Of a stretch of DNA of 64,000 nucleotides, positions 31,286 through 43,075 are shown in pieces; the first letter of the stretch is position 1, and each line of letters begins with the position of its first letter. The DNA is taken from the NCBI RefSeq assembly GCF_004346205.1, contig NZ_SMAM01000006.1, positions 38,839-102,838 on the forward strand. The letters run 5' to 3'. Both the position numbers and the translations under genes were made by a program. The stretch comes from Bibersteinia trehalosi (lineage in GTDB: Bacteria; Pseudomonadota; Gammaproteobacteria; Enterobacterales; Pasteurellaceae). The notes beneath the pieces were generated by a model. It ran no database searches. It was not told the DNA's origin and worked only from the letters and a program-made list of their open reading frames with translations.

Positions 31286-32716
31286 TTATGCCTCGTCTTG
31301 TGGTTTATCAGGGTGATTACCTAAAAATTTACTGATAAGAGCTTTACCTAATTCTGATTGATTTAAGCCTTCTAAAGTTGCTGCAATTTTTGTACCGCCA
31401 GTGGAGCTAAAGAGTTCGCCAACACGCTGAATGCCTTTATCTACACGCTCATCATTGATGATAAATTTCATATCGGAGTGAGACAATGCTTTTGCTTGTT
31501 CTATGCCGATGGCTTGGTTAGCCTCAATTTGGCGTATGCTGACCAAGTATTGTTGATAGCCTTCATTACCTCCAATTTCACGAGCCAATTCAATTTGTCC
31601 TGAAACAAGCGAAATCTCCAATTTCTGTTTGGCTTCGGCTTCTGCCGCCCCGATTTTGGCAATACCTTGAGCCTCTTTATCTTTTGTTTCAAGTAAAGCT
31701 TCTGCCTCTAAGAATGCTTTCTGTTTTTCCCCTTCTGCAACGAGAATTTGATGCTGTTTCTCAGCTTCGGAGTCTATAATCAGCGCATTACGGTTAGCTT
31801 CCGCTTTGATTTCTTGGGTACGCTTATCTTGATCAGCTTTCACGATTTCTACGTCTTTTTCGATCTCTGCTTGCTTAATTTCGGCCACCCGTTTTACTTC
31901 CATTTCACGTTCTTTAGTGATTTTTTCTTGTTGTTTCACTAGTTGCTGTGCTTGTTCATTAGAAACTGCAACTTCACGTTGATTTTCAACGGTTTTTAAG
32001 CCTACTTCTTTCTCGGCTTCTTGACGTTTTACATCAGCCTCTTTTTTCGCTTCAATTTCGGCAATTTGGGCTTCTTTTTGGTTACGTGCCACTTCAACAC
32101 GGCTCTCTTTTTCAATAAAGGATTTTTTAATTTCCATAATATTGAAGATAACTTTCGAACCACCACTATCACGAATATCCATTAATTCAATATTTTTAAC
32201 TGGCTCAATTCCCCAGTTTTTCAGCTGTTCTTTTACTGCAAGCGTGAAGTCATCTCCCAGTTCAGAGCGCACTTGCAAAATATCGTTTAAATTGCGGCTA
32301 GAGAGAATGGAACGTACCGACCCTTGAATAATATCAACAAGTTGAATATTCATATCGTGGAAGTCTGAAACCCGCTGTGCAGCTAGATTGGAATCGGCGA
32401 CACGGAAGAATGCGGTGATGTCTACAACAAAGGGTAAACGTTCTAAATCATAAGCTTCGTAATTATCAATTTTTATGGAGAACACGGAGACGGGCAATAC
32501 AATGGTACTTACCCCAATAAGTGGTAACCAAGATGGGAAGGCGTAATAAACGTTGCCATTGCCTGTGTCTTTGCCATAAGAGGTTGTTTTACCCCCTGAT
32601 TGAACAATATGCACCTCATTTGTTTTGACTACGCGGCGGAAGAGTAAGGCAACTAATAAGGTAATAACCACGAGGGCAATAATGCCAATGATCGTAAGTA
32701 GTGTATAAAACTGCAT
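31286..32716 (-). CDS. flotillin-like SPFH/band-7 family protein (YqiK-like)
   Basis: N-terminal TM, SPFH domain, long Glu/Lys/Ala-rich coiled-coil. Start set at MQFYTLL preceded by AGGAGAG (track ORF extends 44 codons upstream). Confidence 0.75.
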   Translation of the reverse strand: MQFYTLLTIIGIIALVVITLLVALLFRRVVKTNEVHIVQSGGKTTSYGKDTGNGNVYYAFPSWLPLIGVSTIVLPVSVFSIKIDNYEAYDLERLPFVVDITAFFRVADSNLAAQRVSDFHDMNIQLVDIIQGSVRSILSSRNLNDILQVRSELGDDFTLAVKEQLKNWGIEPVKNIELMDIRDSGGSKVIFNIMEIKKSFIEKESRVEVARNQKEAQIAEIEAKKEADVKRQEAEKEVGLKTVENQREVAVSNEQAQQLVKQQEKITKEREMEVKRVAEIKQAEIEKDVEIVKADQDKRTQEIKAEANRNALIIDSEAEKQHQILVAEGEKQKAFLEAEALLETKDKEAQGIAKIGAAEAEAKQKLEISLVSGQIELAREIGGNEGYQQYLVSIRQIEANQAIGIEQAKALSHSDMKFIINDERVDKGIQRVGELFSSTGGTKIAATLEGLNQSELGKALISKFLGNHPDKPQDEA

Positions 32717-32875
32717 GGAGCTCTCCTTTGTTATGAATAAGAACAATTCACACTTTAAGTGAACAAGCGGTGATTTTCTAGCAAAATTTTGCAAAAAAGC
32801 TGAATTTTCTACCGCTTGTATGTGAAATGAAAAAGGCAAATCAATCAAGATTTGCCTTTTAAGATTGCAATTTAT

Positions 32876-34231
32876 TTAGAGCGAGCTAATGAAGATCACG
32901 CTAATAATGACAGGAATGACGTAACGCACATAGTTAAACCAAACTTTTGTAAAACCTTCACTGGCGCCAAGTTCTTTTTTCGCTTCATCTTTTAATACAT
33001 AGCCCACAAAAATGGCGCTACCTAATGCAGTGAGCACAAATAGAATATTGCCACTGATATAGTCGAACGCATCAAAGATGCTCATACCCATAATGCGAAT
33101 ATCTTGCCATAGATTATCACCTAGCACAGAAGGAATATTGCCTACAACAAAAATGCCACCTAGTACGAGTGCAATGGCTCTTTTACGTGAAATTTTCGCT
33201 TTCTCAACTAAAGCGGTAATCAGTACTTCGTAAATAGTGATTGAAGTCGTTAATGCGGCGACTACCAATAGGCTAAAGAAGATCGTAGCAAAGACAGTGC
33301 CGCCCCACATATTAGAGAATACTATCGGTAGGCTTTGGAATACTAGTGCGGGGCCTGCTGTAGGCTCAATACCAAAGGTAAAGAGTGATGGGAAGATCAT
33401 AAAGCCGGCTGCGACTGCAATTAAGGTATTGACTACACCTGTAATCGTGGCTGTTTTCACTAAGTTTTCTTTTTTATCTAAGTAGCTAGAAAGTGTAATT
33501 AGTACACCAAAGCCCAAACTTAATGCAAAGAAGACCTGACCTAAGACTTTAATAAAGAGCTGTGGAGTAATTTTGGAGAAATCGGGTAAAAGGTAAAATT
33601 CGATCCCTTGCGCAGCACCTGGTAGGGTAATATTGCGGATAACCATTACGATGAGAAAAACAAAAAGCAATGGCATTAGGAATTTCACTGCACGCTCAAT
33701 GCCATCAACGATACCGCGAGCGAGAATAAAGTAGTTGGCAAGTACAAATACACCAGTGTAGCAAAGAATCATGAGTGGATCATTTTGGATATGGTCATTA
33801 TAGAATTGTGCGGTTAATTCCGGATTAACTGGGGTTGAAAGATCTAAACCGCCACTGATTAGTGCGCCAATATAAGTGAGTACCCAACCGCCAAGTACCA
33901 TATAGTAAGCAAGAATACCAAAAGCACCGAGTAAACCCATTAAGCCGAGTATTTTCCAACCCTTGTGGATTTCTTTGCCATTTGCAGTACCGCCAAAAGC
34001 ATCAATTGAGTTAAGTTGCAAACGGCGACCGATAACATTTTCCACTAAAATCATTGGAATGCCGATCACAATCATTGCAATACAGAATAGTAATACGTAA
34101 GCGCCGCCGCCGTTTTCTCCTACTAAATACGGAAAACGCCATGTCGCGCCAAAACCAACAGTCGCCCCAGCCACCGTTAGCACATAAGTTAAGCGGCTCG
34201 ACCAAGAGAGTCTTTGTTCTTTTGTACTCAT
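32876..34231 (-). CDS. sodium-dependent transporter, neurotransmitter:sodium symporter (SNF) family
   Basis: 451 aa; family motifs (GFGATWRFPYL...ENGGGAY). Confidence 0.85.
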   Translation of the reverse strand: MSTKEQRLSWSSRLTYVLTVAGATVGFGATWRFPYLVGENGGGAYVLLFCIAMIVIGIPMILVENVIGRRLQLNSIDAFGGTANGKEIHKGWKILGLMGLLGAFGILAYYMVLGGWVLTYIGALISGGLDLSTPVNPELTAQFYNDHIQNDPLMILCYTGVFVLANYFILARGIVDGIERAVKFLMPLLFVFLIVMVIRNITLPGAAQGIEFYLLPDFSKITPQLFIKVLGQVFFALSLGFGVLITLSSYLDKKENLVKTATITGVVNTLIAVAAGFMIFPSLFTFGIEPTAGPALVFQSLPIVFSNMWGGTVFATIFFSLLVVAALTTSITIYEVLITALVEKAKISRKRAIALVLGGIFVVGNIPSVLGDNLWQDIRIMGMSIFDAFDYISGNILFVLTALGSAIFVGYVLKDEAKKELGASEGFTKVWFNYVRYVIPVIISVIFISSL

Positions 34232-34315
34232 AAGTTACCTCTTTTTGATAAAAATTCCCCTAACTCTACTGCAAATTAGGGGAAAAAGAGCGGTATTATC
34301 TAATAAATTTTAAGA

Positions 34316-35431
34316 TTATCCTAATGATAATGCGTCTTTTGCTGGTGTATAAGCATAACCAAAGGCATCAGAGACCCCTTTGAAGGTGCATTTACCTTCA
34401 TAGGTATTCAAGCCTTCTAAAATCGCATTATCTACCAAGCAAGCCTGTTTCACGCCGAGTTCTGCAATTTTCAGACCAAATTCAAGGGTCGCATCGGTTA
34501 AGCCTAGGGTCGAAGTTCTTGGTACGCTACCAGGCATATTCGCGACACAATAATGTACGATATCATCAACTAAATAGATTGGATCATCATGCGTAGTTGG
34601 ATGAGATGTTTCAAAACATCCGCCTTGGTCGATAGCCACATCAACTAATACCGCCCCTTTTTTGAGTAATTTAAGATCGGCTTTACGGACTAAATGTGGT
34701 GCTTTAGCACCAGGAATTAACACCGCACCAATCACAACATCAGCATTTTTTAAACAGCTTTCAATATTGCCTCGTGAACTTGTTAATGTTGTTACTTTCA
34801 TACCAAACATGTGATCTAAATAGGCAAGGCGTGCGGCGTTAATATCTAAAATTGTTACGTCTGCACCAATACCTACCGCAATTTGTGCTGCATTCACACC
34901 AACAACGCCACCACCCAAAATCACAACTTTTGCTTTTGGGGTACCAGCAGTACCACTTAGTAATAACCCTAAGCCACCGTATTTTTTCTGGATAAATTTT
35001 GCTGCCTCTAGTGTTGCCAAACGTCCTGCAATTTGGCTCATCGGGGTTAAGCAAGGTAATCCAGCTGGAGTTTTGATGGTTTCATAGGCGATGGCTTTAA
35101 TTTTTTTCGCCAGCAACATGTCCGTGAGAGCTTGATCTGCGGCTAAATGTAGGTAGGTATAAAGGGTTTGTCCCTCTCGGAAGAAATCATATTCACATTC
35201 TATCGGCTCTTTTACTTTGATGATCATTTCACTGTGGGCAAAGAGCGTTGCTTTATCACTAATAATCGCTCCTGCTTCTTGATACAGTGTGTCAGAAAAA
35301 CCAATAGCAGCACCTGCATCTTTTTCAATATAAACGGTATGACCAGCTTCAACGTAGCTTTTCACATTGGCAGGAGTTAATCCAACTCGATACTCTTGCA
35401 CTTTCACTTCTTTTGGGCATCCGATGATCAT
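34316..35431 (-). CDS. ald: alanine dehydrogenase
   Basis: 371 aa; family-typical N-terminus (MIIGCPKEVKVQEYRVGLTP); NAD-binding GGGVVG. Confidence 0.88.
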   Translation of the reverse strand: MIIGCPKEVKVQEYRVGLTPANVKSYVEAGHTVYIEKDAGAAIGFSDTLYQEAGAIISDKATLFAHSEMIIKVKEPIECEYDFFREGQTLYTYLHLAADQALTDMLLAKKIKAIAYETIKTPAGLPCLTPMSQIAGRLATLEAAKFIQKKYGGLGLLLSGTAGTPKAKVVILGGGVVGVNAAQIAVGIGADVTILDINAARLAYLDHMFGMKVTTLTSSRGNIESCLKNADVVIGAVLIPGAKAPHLVRKADLKLLKKGAVLVDVAIDQGGCFETSHPTTHDDPIYLVDDIVHYCVANMPGSVPRTSTLGLTDATLEFGLKIAELGVKQACLVDNAILEGLNTYEGKCTFKGVSDAFGYAYTPAKDALSLG

Positions 35432-35620
35432 AGAGATCTCCTTATGTTAGATTTAAGGGCTTGATGATATTGCTACTAAAATATGCAATAATCCTGCTTT
35501 TCATTTAGGGTTTGTCGATAATTTAACTAGCAATATTGGCGAATTATAAAAGATAGCTCAGACAAAAAAATGTGATTCACTTAACATTTTTTTTACAAAG
35601 TTTTATATTTAGGCAAAAAA

Positions 35621-36910
35621 ATGGGACTTTTTGAATTTTTTATTGTATTGGCATTGCTGATTATTCTCAGCGGAATCATCTCATCGGCAGAAATATCCCT
35701 TGCTGGAGCAAGAAAAATCAAACTGCAAAATCTGGCAAATGAAGGCGACAAGCGGGCTGAAAAACTGCTTAAATTGCAAGAACAGCCAGGGCAGTTTATT
35801 ACCGTTGTGCAGATTGGTTTGAATATGGTTGCAATTCTTGGCGGTATGCTCGGAGAAAGCTCTTTGACCATTTATGTACAACGTTTTTTACAGCAATATA
35901 GCCAAGCGGCTTGGGTGGAAAGTGCTTCTTCTTGGATCGCTTTTGGTGTGGTTACGGTGGCATTCATTATTTTGGCAGATTTAATGCCAAAACGCTTAGC
36001 AATGGCAAATCCTGAAAAAGTTGCTTTAAAGCTGGTGAATGTGATGACCGTCAGCATTACCTTACTTAAGCCGTTTGTGTTGTTTTTTAATACGATTGCG
36101 AATGGCTTATTCCGCTTACTGCGTATTTCAACTGAGCGCGAAGACACCATGACCTCTGATGACATTATTGCGATTGTTGATGCAGGAGCTGAGGCTGGCG
36201 TATTGAAAACCCAAGAACAATATTTAATCGAAAATATTTTTGATATGCAACAGCGTACGGTGACTTCTACCATGACCACGCGTGAGAATATTGTTTACTT
36301 AGATAAAGCTTATACTCGCCAACAAATTCTTGATACCTTAAGAGAAAATTCTCATTCTAAAGTCATTATTTGTGATAGCAGCTTAGATAAAATTTTAGGC
36401 TATGTAGAATCCCATACTTTGCTTACGCGCTATTTACAGGAAGAACAGGTTTCGCTTACTGACAATAAATTACTCCGCAAAGCCTTATATATTCCAGATA
36501 CACTTTCACTTTACGAGGTGTTGGAGCTATTTAAGTCTTCTGGTGAGGATTTTGCTGTCATTATTAATGAATATGCGTTAGTGGTGGGGATTGTTACTTT
36601 AAATGACGTAATGAGTATCGTGATGGGGGAGCTTGTCTCTAACGAAGAAGAACAAATAGTTCAACGTGATGAAAATTCGTGGTTGATTGATGGTGCAACA
36701 CCTTTAGAAGATGTCATGAGAGCATTAGAAATTAACGAGTTTCCGCATTCAGAGAACTACGAAACTATTGGCGGCTTTATGATGTATATGTTACGTAAAA
36801 TCCCGAAAAAAACGGATTTTGTGCTGTACGCCAATTATAAATTTGAAATTATTGATACAGAGAATTTTAAGATTGATCAGTTGATGGTTTCTAAGCAGGG
36901 AGAAAATTGA
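35621..36910 (+). CDS. CNNM/DUF21-CBS-CorC_HlyC family membrane protein (TlyC/YtfL-like)
   Basis: 429 aa; DUF21 TM region, tandem CBS domains, C-terminal CorC/HlyC transporter-associated domain. Confidence 0.8.
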   Translation: MGLFEFFIVLALLIILSGIISSAEISLAGARKIKLQNLANEGDKRAEKLLKLQEQPGQFITVVQIGLNMVAILGGMLGESSLTIYVQRFLQQYSQAAWVESASSWIAFGVVTVAFIILADLMPKRLAMANPEKVALKLVNVMTVSITLLKPFVLFFNTIANGLFRLLRISTEREDTMTSDDIIAIVDAGAEAGVLKTQEQYLIENIFDMQQRTVTSTMTTRENIVYLDKAYTRQQILDTLRENSHSKVIICDSSLDKILGYVESHTLLTRYLQEEQVSLTDNKLLRKALYIPDTLSLYEVLELFKSSGEDFAVIINEYALVVGIVTLNDVMSIVMGELVSNEEEQIVQRDENSWLIDGATPLEDVMRALEINEFPHSENYETIGGFMMYMLRKIPKKTDFVLYANYKFEIIDTENFKIDQLMVSKQGEN

Positions 36911-37252
36911 ATGATTACACTTTACCACAACCCTAAATGTTCCAAATCGCGGGAAACGTTGGCAATTTTGCAGCAACATGGCATTGAAGTTGAGATTGTT
37001 GAATACCTTAAAGTACCATTAGATCAAACAACAATTGCTCGTCTTATTCATGATAGCGGCATTATGCTTGAACAAGCACTTCGTACAGAAACAGACGAAT
37101 ATAAAACATTAATTAAAGATAAAAATTTATCCCAAGAGCAAATTATTGCTCTGATTGCCGCACACCCCAAGCTGCTCAATCGCCCGTTTGCAAGCGGTCG
37201 AAAAGGCACAAAATTTTGCAGACCACCTGAATTGGTTAAGGAGTTATTATGA
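36911..37252 (+). CDS. ArsC/Spx-family thioredoxin-fold protein (YffB-like)
   Basis: 113 aa; N-terminal [14 protein letters not shown] with conserved Cys. Confidence 0.75.
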   Translation: MITLYHNPKCSKSRETLAILQQHGIEVEIVEYLKVPLDQTTIARLIHDSGIMLEQALRTETDEYKTLIKDKNLSQEQIIALIAAHPKLLNRPFASGRKGTKFCRPPELVKELL

Positions 37253-37689
37253 AAAAAATCCTATTACTCAATGGGCCAAATTTAAATATGCTGGGCAAAA
37301 GAGAGCCAGAAATTTATGGTTCACAGACGCTGGCAGACATTGAACAGCATCTCCAGCAATGTGCGGCAGAGCGAGGTGTGGCATTAGACTATTTTCAATC
37401 AAATAGTGAAGAGGCCTTAATTAATCGCATTCATCAAGCTTTCCAGAAAGTCGATTTTATTCTCATCAATCCAGCGGCATTTACGCACACTAGTGTTGCG
37501 TTGCGTGATGCTTTGCTATCTGTAGCAATCCCTTTTGTTGAAATTCATCTTTCGAATGTACATGCTCGCGAGTCTTTCCGTCATCATTCTTATCTAAGCG
37601 ATATTGCTAAAGGCGTTATTTGTGGCTTAGGCGCACAAGGTTATGAATACGCCTTAGACTTTGCATTGAAACAGTTGGAAAAACGGTAA
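37249..37689 (+). CDS. aroQ: type II 3-dehydroquinate dehydratase
   Basis: 146 aa; family-typical N-terminus [19 protein letters not shown]. Confidence 0.9.
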   Translation: MKKILLLNGPNLNMLGKREPEIYGSQTLADIEQHLQQCAAERGVALDYFQSNSEEALINRIHQAFQKVDFILINPAAFTHTSVALRDALLSVAIPFVEIHLSNVHARESFRHHSYLSDIAKGVICGLGAQGYEYALDFALKQLEKR

Positions 37690-37743
37690 AATTCTTGTAT
37701 ATTCCGCCATTTTTTAACAATGATTAACAAATGGGGAACAAAT

Positions 37744-38796
37744 ATGAAACACAACATGGCGAGGAAATTTGGGTTAAAGAAGAGGGTTAGCTTGCTTAGC
37801 GCTTGTTTGGCATTCACGAGCTTGGCAAATAATGCTCAAGCCGAAGGCAAGCTGACTATTTATTGCAGTGCACAAAATGCAACCTGTGAAAAAATTACCC
37901 AGACATTTGCGAAAAAATATAATGTGGATGCGAAATTTGTGCGTAATAGCACGGGGGCTACACTTTCTAAAATTAAAGCTGAGCAAAATAATCCTCAGGC
38001 GGATGTTTGGTATGGTGGAACAATTGAGCAGCATTTCCAAGCAGCAGATTTATCGCTATTAGAAAAATATCGTTCACCGATGCAGCAAGAGACCCTACCT
38101 CAATTTAAAACATTGCTGGAGAAAAAAGGCGATTTTACCTCGATTATTTATATGCTAGTGCTAGGCTTTGGCGTAAATACAGAAGTCTTCGCTAAATTAG
38201 GGATTAAGGAGTATCCACGCTGTTGGAAAGATTTGACTCATCCACAATTAAAAGGGCATATTCAACTGGCAGATCCCCAATTATCTGGCACGACTTATAC
38301 TGCAATTGCCACATTGATTCAATTATGGGGTGAAGATAAAGCATTTGAATTTTTGAAACAGCTTGATGCAAATGTTTCACAATATGTAAAAAGTGCGCAA
38401 GTGACTTCAAATCTTGCTCGTGGTGAAAGTGCATTAAGCGTTGGTTTTATCCATAACTATGCCACAGAAAAAGAAAATGGCGCACCAGTTGAAGCGATCT
38501 TGCCTTGTGAGGCGGATAGTTACTCGTTAGGTGGGGCAAGTATCATCAAAGGCTCACGCAATTTAGATAATGCAAAATTGTTTATTGATTGGGTATTAGG
38601 GGCTGAGGCGCAAGAAATTCCATGGCGTGAAGTCGGTGTTTACCAACTGCCAACGAATGTCAATGCTGAGGCAGCACCACAATCGGTCGATCCAAAAACA
38701 TTAAATCTAATTAAAATGGATTTTGATCGTTTTGGGACAAGTGAAGAAGGTAAGCGTTTAACCGAGAAATGGCTCAAAGAAGTTAAAATCAAATAG
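37744..38796 (+). CDS. orphan ABC transporter periplasmic substrate-binding protein (FbpA/AfuA/ThiB-type)
   Basis: Signal peptide ending NNAQA; PQADVWYGG resembles the ADVFYSEQ region of ferric-binding proteins. GGGGAA RBS before this ATG (track start 37720). No adjacent permease. Confidence 0.55.
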   Translation: MKHNMARKFGLKKRVSLLSACLAFTSLANNAQAEGKLTIYCSAQNATCEKITQTFAKKYNVDAKFVRNSTGATLSKIKAEQNNPQADVWYGGTIEQHFQAADLSLLEKYRSPMQQETLPQFKTLLEKKGDFTSIIYMLVLGFGVNTEVFAKLGIKEYPRCWKDLTHPQLKGHIQLADPQLSGTTYTAIATLIQLWGEDKAFEFLKQLDANVSQYVKSAQVTSNLARGESALSVGFIHNYATEKENGAPVEAILPCEADSYSLGGASIIKGSRNLDNAKLFIDWVLGAEAQEIPWREVGVYQLPTNVNAEAAPQSVDPKTLNLIKMDFDRFGTSEEGKRLTEKWLKEVKIK

Positions 38797-38962
38797 TAAT
38801 TAACTGATACGATGAGTACCAAATTCTGTCGATTTTCACGCATTTTGTAAGATTTTTATCGCAAAATTGCCGAAATTCGGGTAATCTACGCAAGATTTTA
38901 ATCAGTGCTTTTTTAGCGCTGATTTTCTATTTTCATTTTTAGCATTTACTACGGATCTCATT

Positions 38963-39430
38963 ATGGATATTCGCAAAATTAAAAAACTTATTGAATTAGT
39001 TGAAGAATCAGGTATCACTGAATTAGAAGTGACTGAAGAAGAGGGTACTGTGCGTATTAGTCGTGCGGCTCCAGCAGCCCCTGCGGTACAATATGTTGCA
39101 GCACCGCAAGCTGCACCTGCCGTAGCACCTGTTGCAGCGGCTGCACCAGCGGCTAGTGCACCACAGGCAGCTTCTGCGCCAAGTGCTGAAGTGAGCGGAC
39201 ATGCAATTCTTTCGCCAATGGTAGGCACTTTCTACCGTAGTCCAAGCCCAGAGGCTGCTCCATTCGTTGAAGTTGGTCAAACAGTGAAAGCTGGCGACAC
39301 GCTCTGTATCGTAGAAGCGATGAAGATGATGAACCGTATCGAATCTGACAAAGCAGGTGTGGTTAAAGCAATTTTAGTCAATGATGGTGAAGCGGTTGAA
39401 TTTGATCAAAAACTGTTCGTTATTGAATAA
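38963..39430 (+). CDS. accB: biotin carboxyl carrier protein of acetyl-CoA carboxylase
   Basis: 155 aa; Ala/Pro-rich linker; biotinyl-lysine motif EAMKMMN. Confidence 0.92.
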   Translation: MDIRKIKKLIELVEESGITELEVTEEEGTVRISRAAPAAPAVQYVAAPQAAPAVAPVAAAAPAASAPQAASAPSAEVSGHAILSPMVGTFYRSPSPEAAPFVEVGQTVKAGDTLCIVEAMKMMNRIESDKAGVVKAILVNDGEAVEFDQKLFVIE

Positions 39431-39545
39431 TTTTATGAAATAAAAGGGGAATGGATAATCGACAATTTGCAAATTTCGTTTGAAATTTGGGCGCTTGTCA
39501 TTATCCATTTTCAATTTTCAATGTTCCATTTAAAAGGAAACCCCT

Positions 39546-40889
39546 ATGTTAGAAAAAGTTGTGATTGCTAACCGTGGTGAAATTGCTTTGCGTGTCCTGC
39601 GCGCTTGCCGTGAGTTAGGTATTAAAACTGTTGCTGTTCATTCTACTGCTGACCGAGAACTCAAACACGTTTTACTTGCTGATGAAACGATTTGTATTGG
39701 CCCTGCACCTTCTACTAAAAGTTATTTAAATATTCCAGCAATTATTGCTGCTGCAGAAGTGACCGGTGCAGATGCAATTCACCCTGGTTATGGCTTTTTA
39801 TCTGAGAATGCAGATTTTGCTGAGCAGGTTGAGCAGTCTGGTTTTATTTTTATTGGTCCAACTGCTGACGTTATCCGCTTAATGGGGGATAAAGTTTCTG
39901 CGATTAATGCGATGAAAAAAGCAGGCGTACCTTGTGTACCGGGTTCTGATGGTCCAGTAGGCAATGATGCAACAAAAAATAAAGAGATCGCAAAACGTAT
40001 TGGCTATCCAGTGATTATTAAAGCTTCAGGTGGCGGTGGTGGCCGTGGTATGCGAGTAGTACATAACGAAGCCGATCTAGAAGAATCTATTGCAATGACG
40101 AAAGCAGAAGCAAAAGCGGCATTTAATAATGATATGGTGTATATGGAAAAATATTTAGAAAATCCACGCCATATTGAAATTCAAGTTCTTGCCGATACCC
40201 ATGGAAATGCGGTTTACTTAGCTGAACGTGATTGCTCTATGCAACGTCGCCACCAAAAGGTGGTGGAGGAAGCTCCAGCTCCTGGTATTACTGAGGAACT
40301 GCGTAAATATATCGGTGAGCGTTGTGCCAACGCATGTAAAGAAATCGGCTATCGTGGTGCAGGTACATTTGAATTCTTATACGAGAATGGAGAATTTTAC
40401 TTTATTGAAATGAACACCCGCTTACAGGTAGAGCATCCTGTGACAGAGATGATTACTGGTGTTGATTTGGTTAAAGAACAATTACGCGTTGCTGCGGGCT
40501 TGCCACTTTCAATTAAGCAGGAAGATATTAAAGTGCGTGGCCACGCGATTGAATGCCGCATTAATGCAGAAGATCCAAATACCTTCTTGCCATCACCAGG
40601 TAAAATCAATCGATTACATACTCCAGGGGGATTAGGTGTTCGTTGGGATTCACACATTTATGCCGGTTATTCTGTACCACCACATTATGATTCAATGATT
40701 GGTAAATTGATTACTTATGCTGAAAATCGCGATATTGCGATTGCACGTATGCAAAATGCGTTGTCAGAAAGCATTATTGAAGGTATCAAAACCAATATTC
40801 CATTGCATGATAAAATTTTAAGTGATGAGAATTTCCGTAAGGGCGGCACAAATATTCACTATTTAGAGAAGAAACTAGGCTTGAAATAA
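39546..40889 (+). CDS. accC: acetyl-CoA carboxylase biotin carboxylase subunit
   Basis: 447 aa; ATP-grasp fold; follows accB. Confidence 0.93.
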   Translation: MLEKVVIANRGEIALRVLRACRELGIKTVAVHSTADRELKHVLLADETICIGPAPSTKSYLNIPAIIAAAEVTGADAIHPGYGFLSENADFAEQVEQSGFIFIGPTADVIRLMGDKVSAINAMKKAGVPCVPGSDGPVGNDATKNKEIAKRIGYPVIIKASGGGGGRGMRVVHNEADLEESIAMTKAEAKAAFNNDMVYMEKYLENPRHIEIQVLADTHGNAVYLAERDCSMQRRHQKVVEEAPAPGITEELRKYIGERCANACKEIGYRGAGTFEFLYENGEFYFIEMNTRLQVEHPVTEMITGVDLVKEQLRVAAGLPLSIKQEDIKVRGHAIECRINAEDPNTFLPSPGKINRLHTPGGLGVRWDSHIYAGYSVPPHYDSMIGKLITYAENRDIAIARMQNALSESIIEGIKTNIPLHDKILSDENFRKGGTNIHYLEKKLGLK

Positions 40890-40944
40890 TGCCCAAGCCT
40901 GATTTTGCAAAAGAAGACGTAAAATCGACCGCTTACTAAAGCAA

Positions 40945-40985
40945 AAACGCCAATTACAAATATGCAATTGGCGTTTTTCATTTTG
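40945..40985. terminator. bidirectional rho-independent terminator (accC / dcu convergent)
   Basis: AAAACGCCAATT-loop-AATTGGCGTTTTT. Confidence 0.65.
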
Positions 40986-41024
40986 AGATTTAGGCAGGCT
41001 CTGCTTATTAAGCCTAGCTAGACC

Positions 41025-42362
41025 TTAAATAAGCACATTGGCGATAGCAATACCAACTACACATGCTGTTACTACGCCGATAATACCAGGCGCCATGAAG
41101 CTGTGGTTGAAGTAGTATTTACCAATTTTAGTCGTACCTGTTACGTCAAAGTTTACTGTTGCGATATCAGACGGATAGTTTGGAATGAAGAAGTAGCCGT
41201 AAGTTGCAGGCATTAAACCAACTAATAACGGTGCAGGTAAACCTAAGCCGATACCGACTGGCAGCATCATTACTGCAGTTGCAGCTTGACTGTTAATAAC
41301 TACCGATACGGCAAACAGCGCGAAAGCGAAAGTCCAAGGGTAGTTTTCTACCATCTCTGTAATACCAGCTTTAAATTGTGGCATTGCATATTGGAAATAA
41401 GTATCGGACATCCACGCAATCCCGAAAATTGCAATAGCCGCTACCATACCTGATTTAAATACTACACCATTCGGAACTGTTTGAGGATTCGTGCGGGTTA
41501 GTATGAGAATCAAGCCACCGAAGCAGAGCATCATAATTTGGATGATTAATGACATACCAATAGGTTTCACTTTTTCACCTTCGCCTACGGTACGAATTTC
41601 AGGGAACATTGCGATAGCCACAATCACTACTAGTGCAAGTAAGAAGAGATAAACCGCTTGTTTTGCCCCGGCAGGTAAGGTGTCATTTAATGTGGTGCTG
41701 GTTGTATTAGCAATGCGATCACGCCATACAGGATCTTGCAAGCGGCGTTGATATTCTGGGTCATTTTCTAATTCTTTTCCTCGACGTAAGCTATAGAGCG
41801 ACATAGCAATCGTACCAGCAAGGGTTGCAGGCACTGTAACCCCAATAATGCTTAGTAAGCTAACATGTTCAAAACCTGGTAAGCCACTAATTTGACCGAG
41901 ATAATAAACTACAGCAGCTGAGAGCGGGCTAGAGGTGATGGCTAATTGTGAAGCGACAGAGGCTGCGGCCATTGGGCGTTCAGGGCGAATTTTATTTTTT
42001 AATGCTACATCTGCAATGATTGGCATAACAGAGTAAACAGAGTGACCGGTACCAAGCATAAACGTCATAATGTAAGTGACTAGAGGCCCTAAAAATGTAA
42101 TACGCTTAGGGTTTTTGCGTAGCACTTTTTCGGCAACTTGTAGCATAAATTTTAGCCCGCCAGCGGCTTCTAAAATAGAAGCACAGGTCACAACTGCCAG
42201 AATAATTAACATCACATCGACAGGGGCTTTGCCCAATGGCATACGCAGTATAAATACCTCTATTGCCAAACCGATACCAGAAACTACGCCTAAACCGATG
42301 CCGCCATAACGGCTACCAATATAGAGCATTACTAACAAGAATAAAAATTCAAGATAGAGCAT
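41025..42362 (-). CDS. anaerobic C4-dicarboxylate transporter, DcuA/DcuB family
   Basis: 445-aa polytopic membrane protein with Dcu family similarity; FNR-like half-site pair (TTTAT-N4-ATCAA) ~90 nt upstream. Confidence 0.85.
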   Translation of the reverse strand: MLYLEFLFLLVMLYIGSRYGGIGLGVVSGIGLAIEVFILRMPLGKAPVDVMLIILAVVTCASILEAAGGLKFMLQVAEKVLRKNPKRITFLGPLVTYIMTFMLGTGHSVYSVMPIIADVALKNKIRPERPMAAASVASQLAITSSPLSAAVVYYLGQISGLPGFEHVSLLSIIGVTVPATLAGTIAMSLYSLRRGKELENDPEYQRRLQDPVWRDRIANTTSTTLNDTLPAGAKQAVYLFLLALVVIVAIAMFPEIRTVGEGEKVKPIGMSLIIQIMMLCFGGLILILTRTNPQTVPNGVVFKSGMVAAIAIFGIAWMSDTYFQYAMPQFKAGITEMVENYPWTFAFALFAVSVVINSQAATAVMMLPVGIGLGLPAPLLVGLMPATYGYFFIPNYPSDIATVNFDVTGTTKIGKYYFNHSFMAPGIIGVVTACVVGIAIANVLI

Positions 42363-42589
42363 ATAGACCTCATAAAATATAAAAAAGATAGCATAAATTC
42401 TAGCGAGCTTATGTTATTCACAAAAGGGGCAAACTTTATTTAAATCAAATTTTTATTGAATTAATTTCTGTTTACAAAAAATTAACATACTATCCCAATA
42501 ACAATTTTATGCAAATTTTTTTACAACTTCTTGTTAGAGTTTAACTACTTGCCCGTCTAATACTCCATTAGCACAATTTTGGAGTTTTT

Positions 42590-43045
42590 ATGTCCTGTTA
42601 CACTGTTAAAAATGTTACCCAAGGAGCTGGTTTACTGGTTTTACGCTTATTTCTTGCCTATGAATTCTTTGAGGCGGGGTGGGAAAAGCTACATGGTGAA
42701 AACTGGTTTTCTGCGATTGAGGATAACTTTCCTTTTCCTTTCAATTTATTACCCGCCGATCTGAATTGGTTTACAGCGATGAGTGCTGAACTATTTTTAC
42801 CTATTTTGCTTATTCTGGGATTATTCACTCGCATCAGTGCTATCAGTTTGATGATTTTAACTTCAGTAGCCTGGTATTCGGTACACGCAGGATTAGGCTA
42901 CAACGTATGTAGTAATGGTTACAAAATGGCATTAATTTATTTGGTCACGTTATTGCCGCTATTAATGCAAGGTGCTGGAGCACTATCTTTTGATTTTCTG
43001 TTACAGAAAAAACAGCCAAGCAGATCTTGGTTGAAATTCCTTTAA
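42590..43045 (+). CDS. DoxX-family membrane protein (first gene of Hvf-like cluster)
   Basis: 151 aa; 4 TM helices; DoxX family. Confidence 0.75.
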   Translation: MSCYTVKNVTQGAGLLVLRLFLAYEFFEAGWEKLHGENWFSAIEDNFPFPFNLLPADLNWFTAMSAELFLPILLILGLFTRISAISLMILTSVAWYSVHAGLGYNVCSNGYKMALIYLVTLLPLLMQGAGALSFDFLLQKKQPSRSWLKFL

Positions 43046-43075
43046 TTTTGAACTCAACACTATGGAGAATTTTTC

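Noticed and set aside
37690-37743. Possible TPP riboswitch ahead of the ThiB/FbpA-like binding-protein gene
   Set aside because: Only ~55 nt separate aroQ from the start codon. That is too short for a THI element, and no CUGAGA core motif is present.
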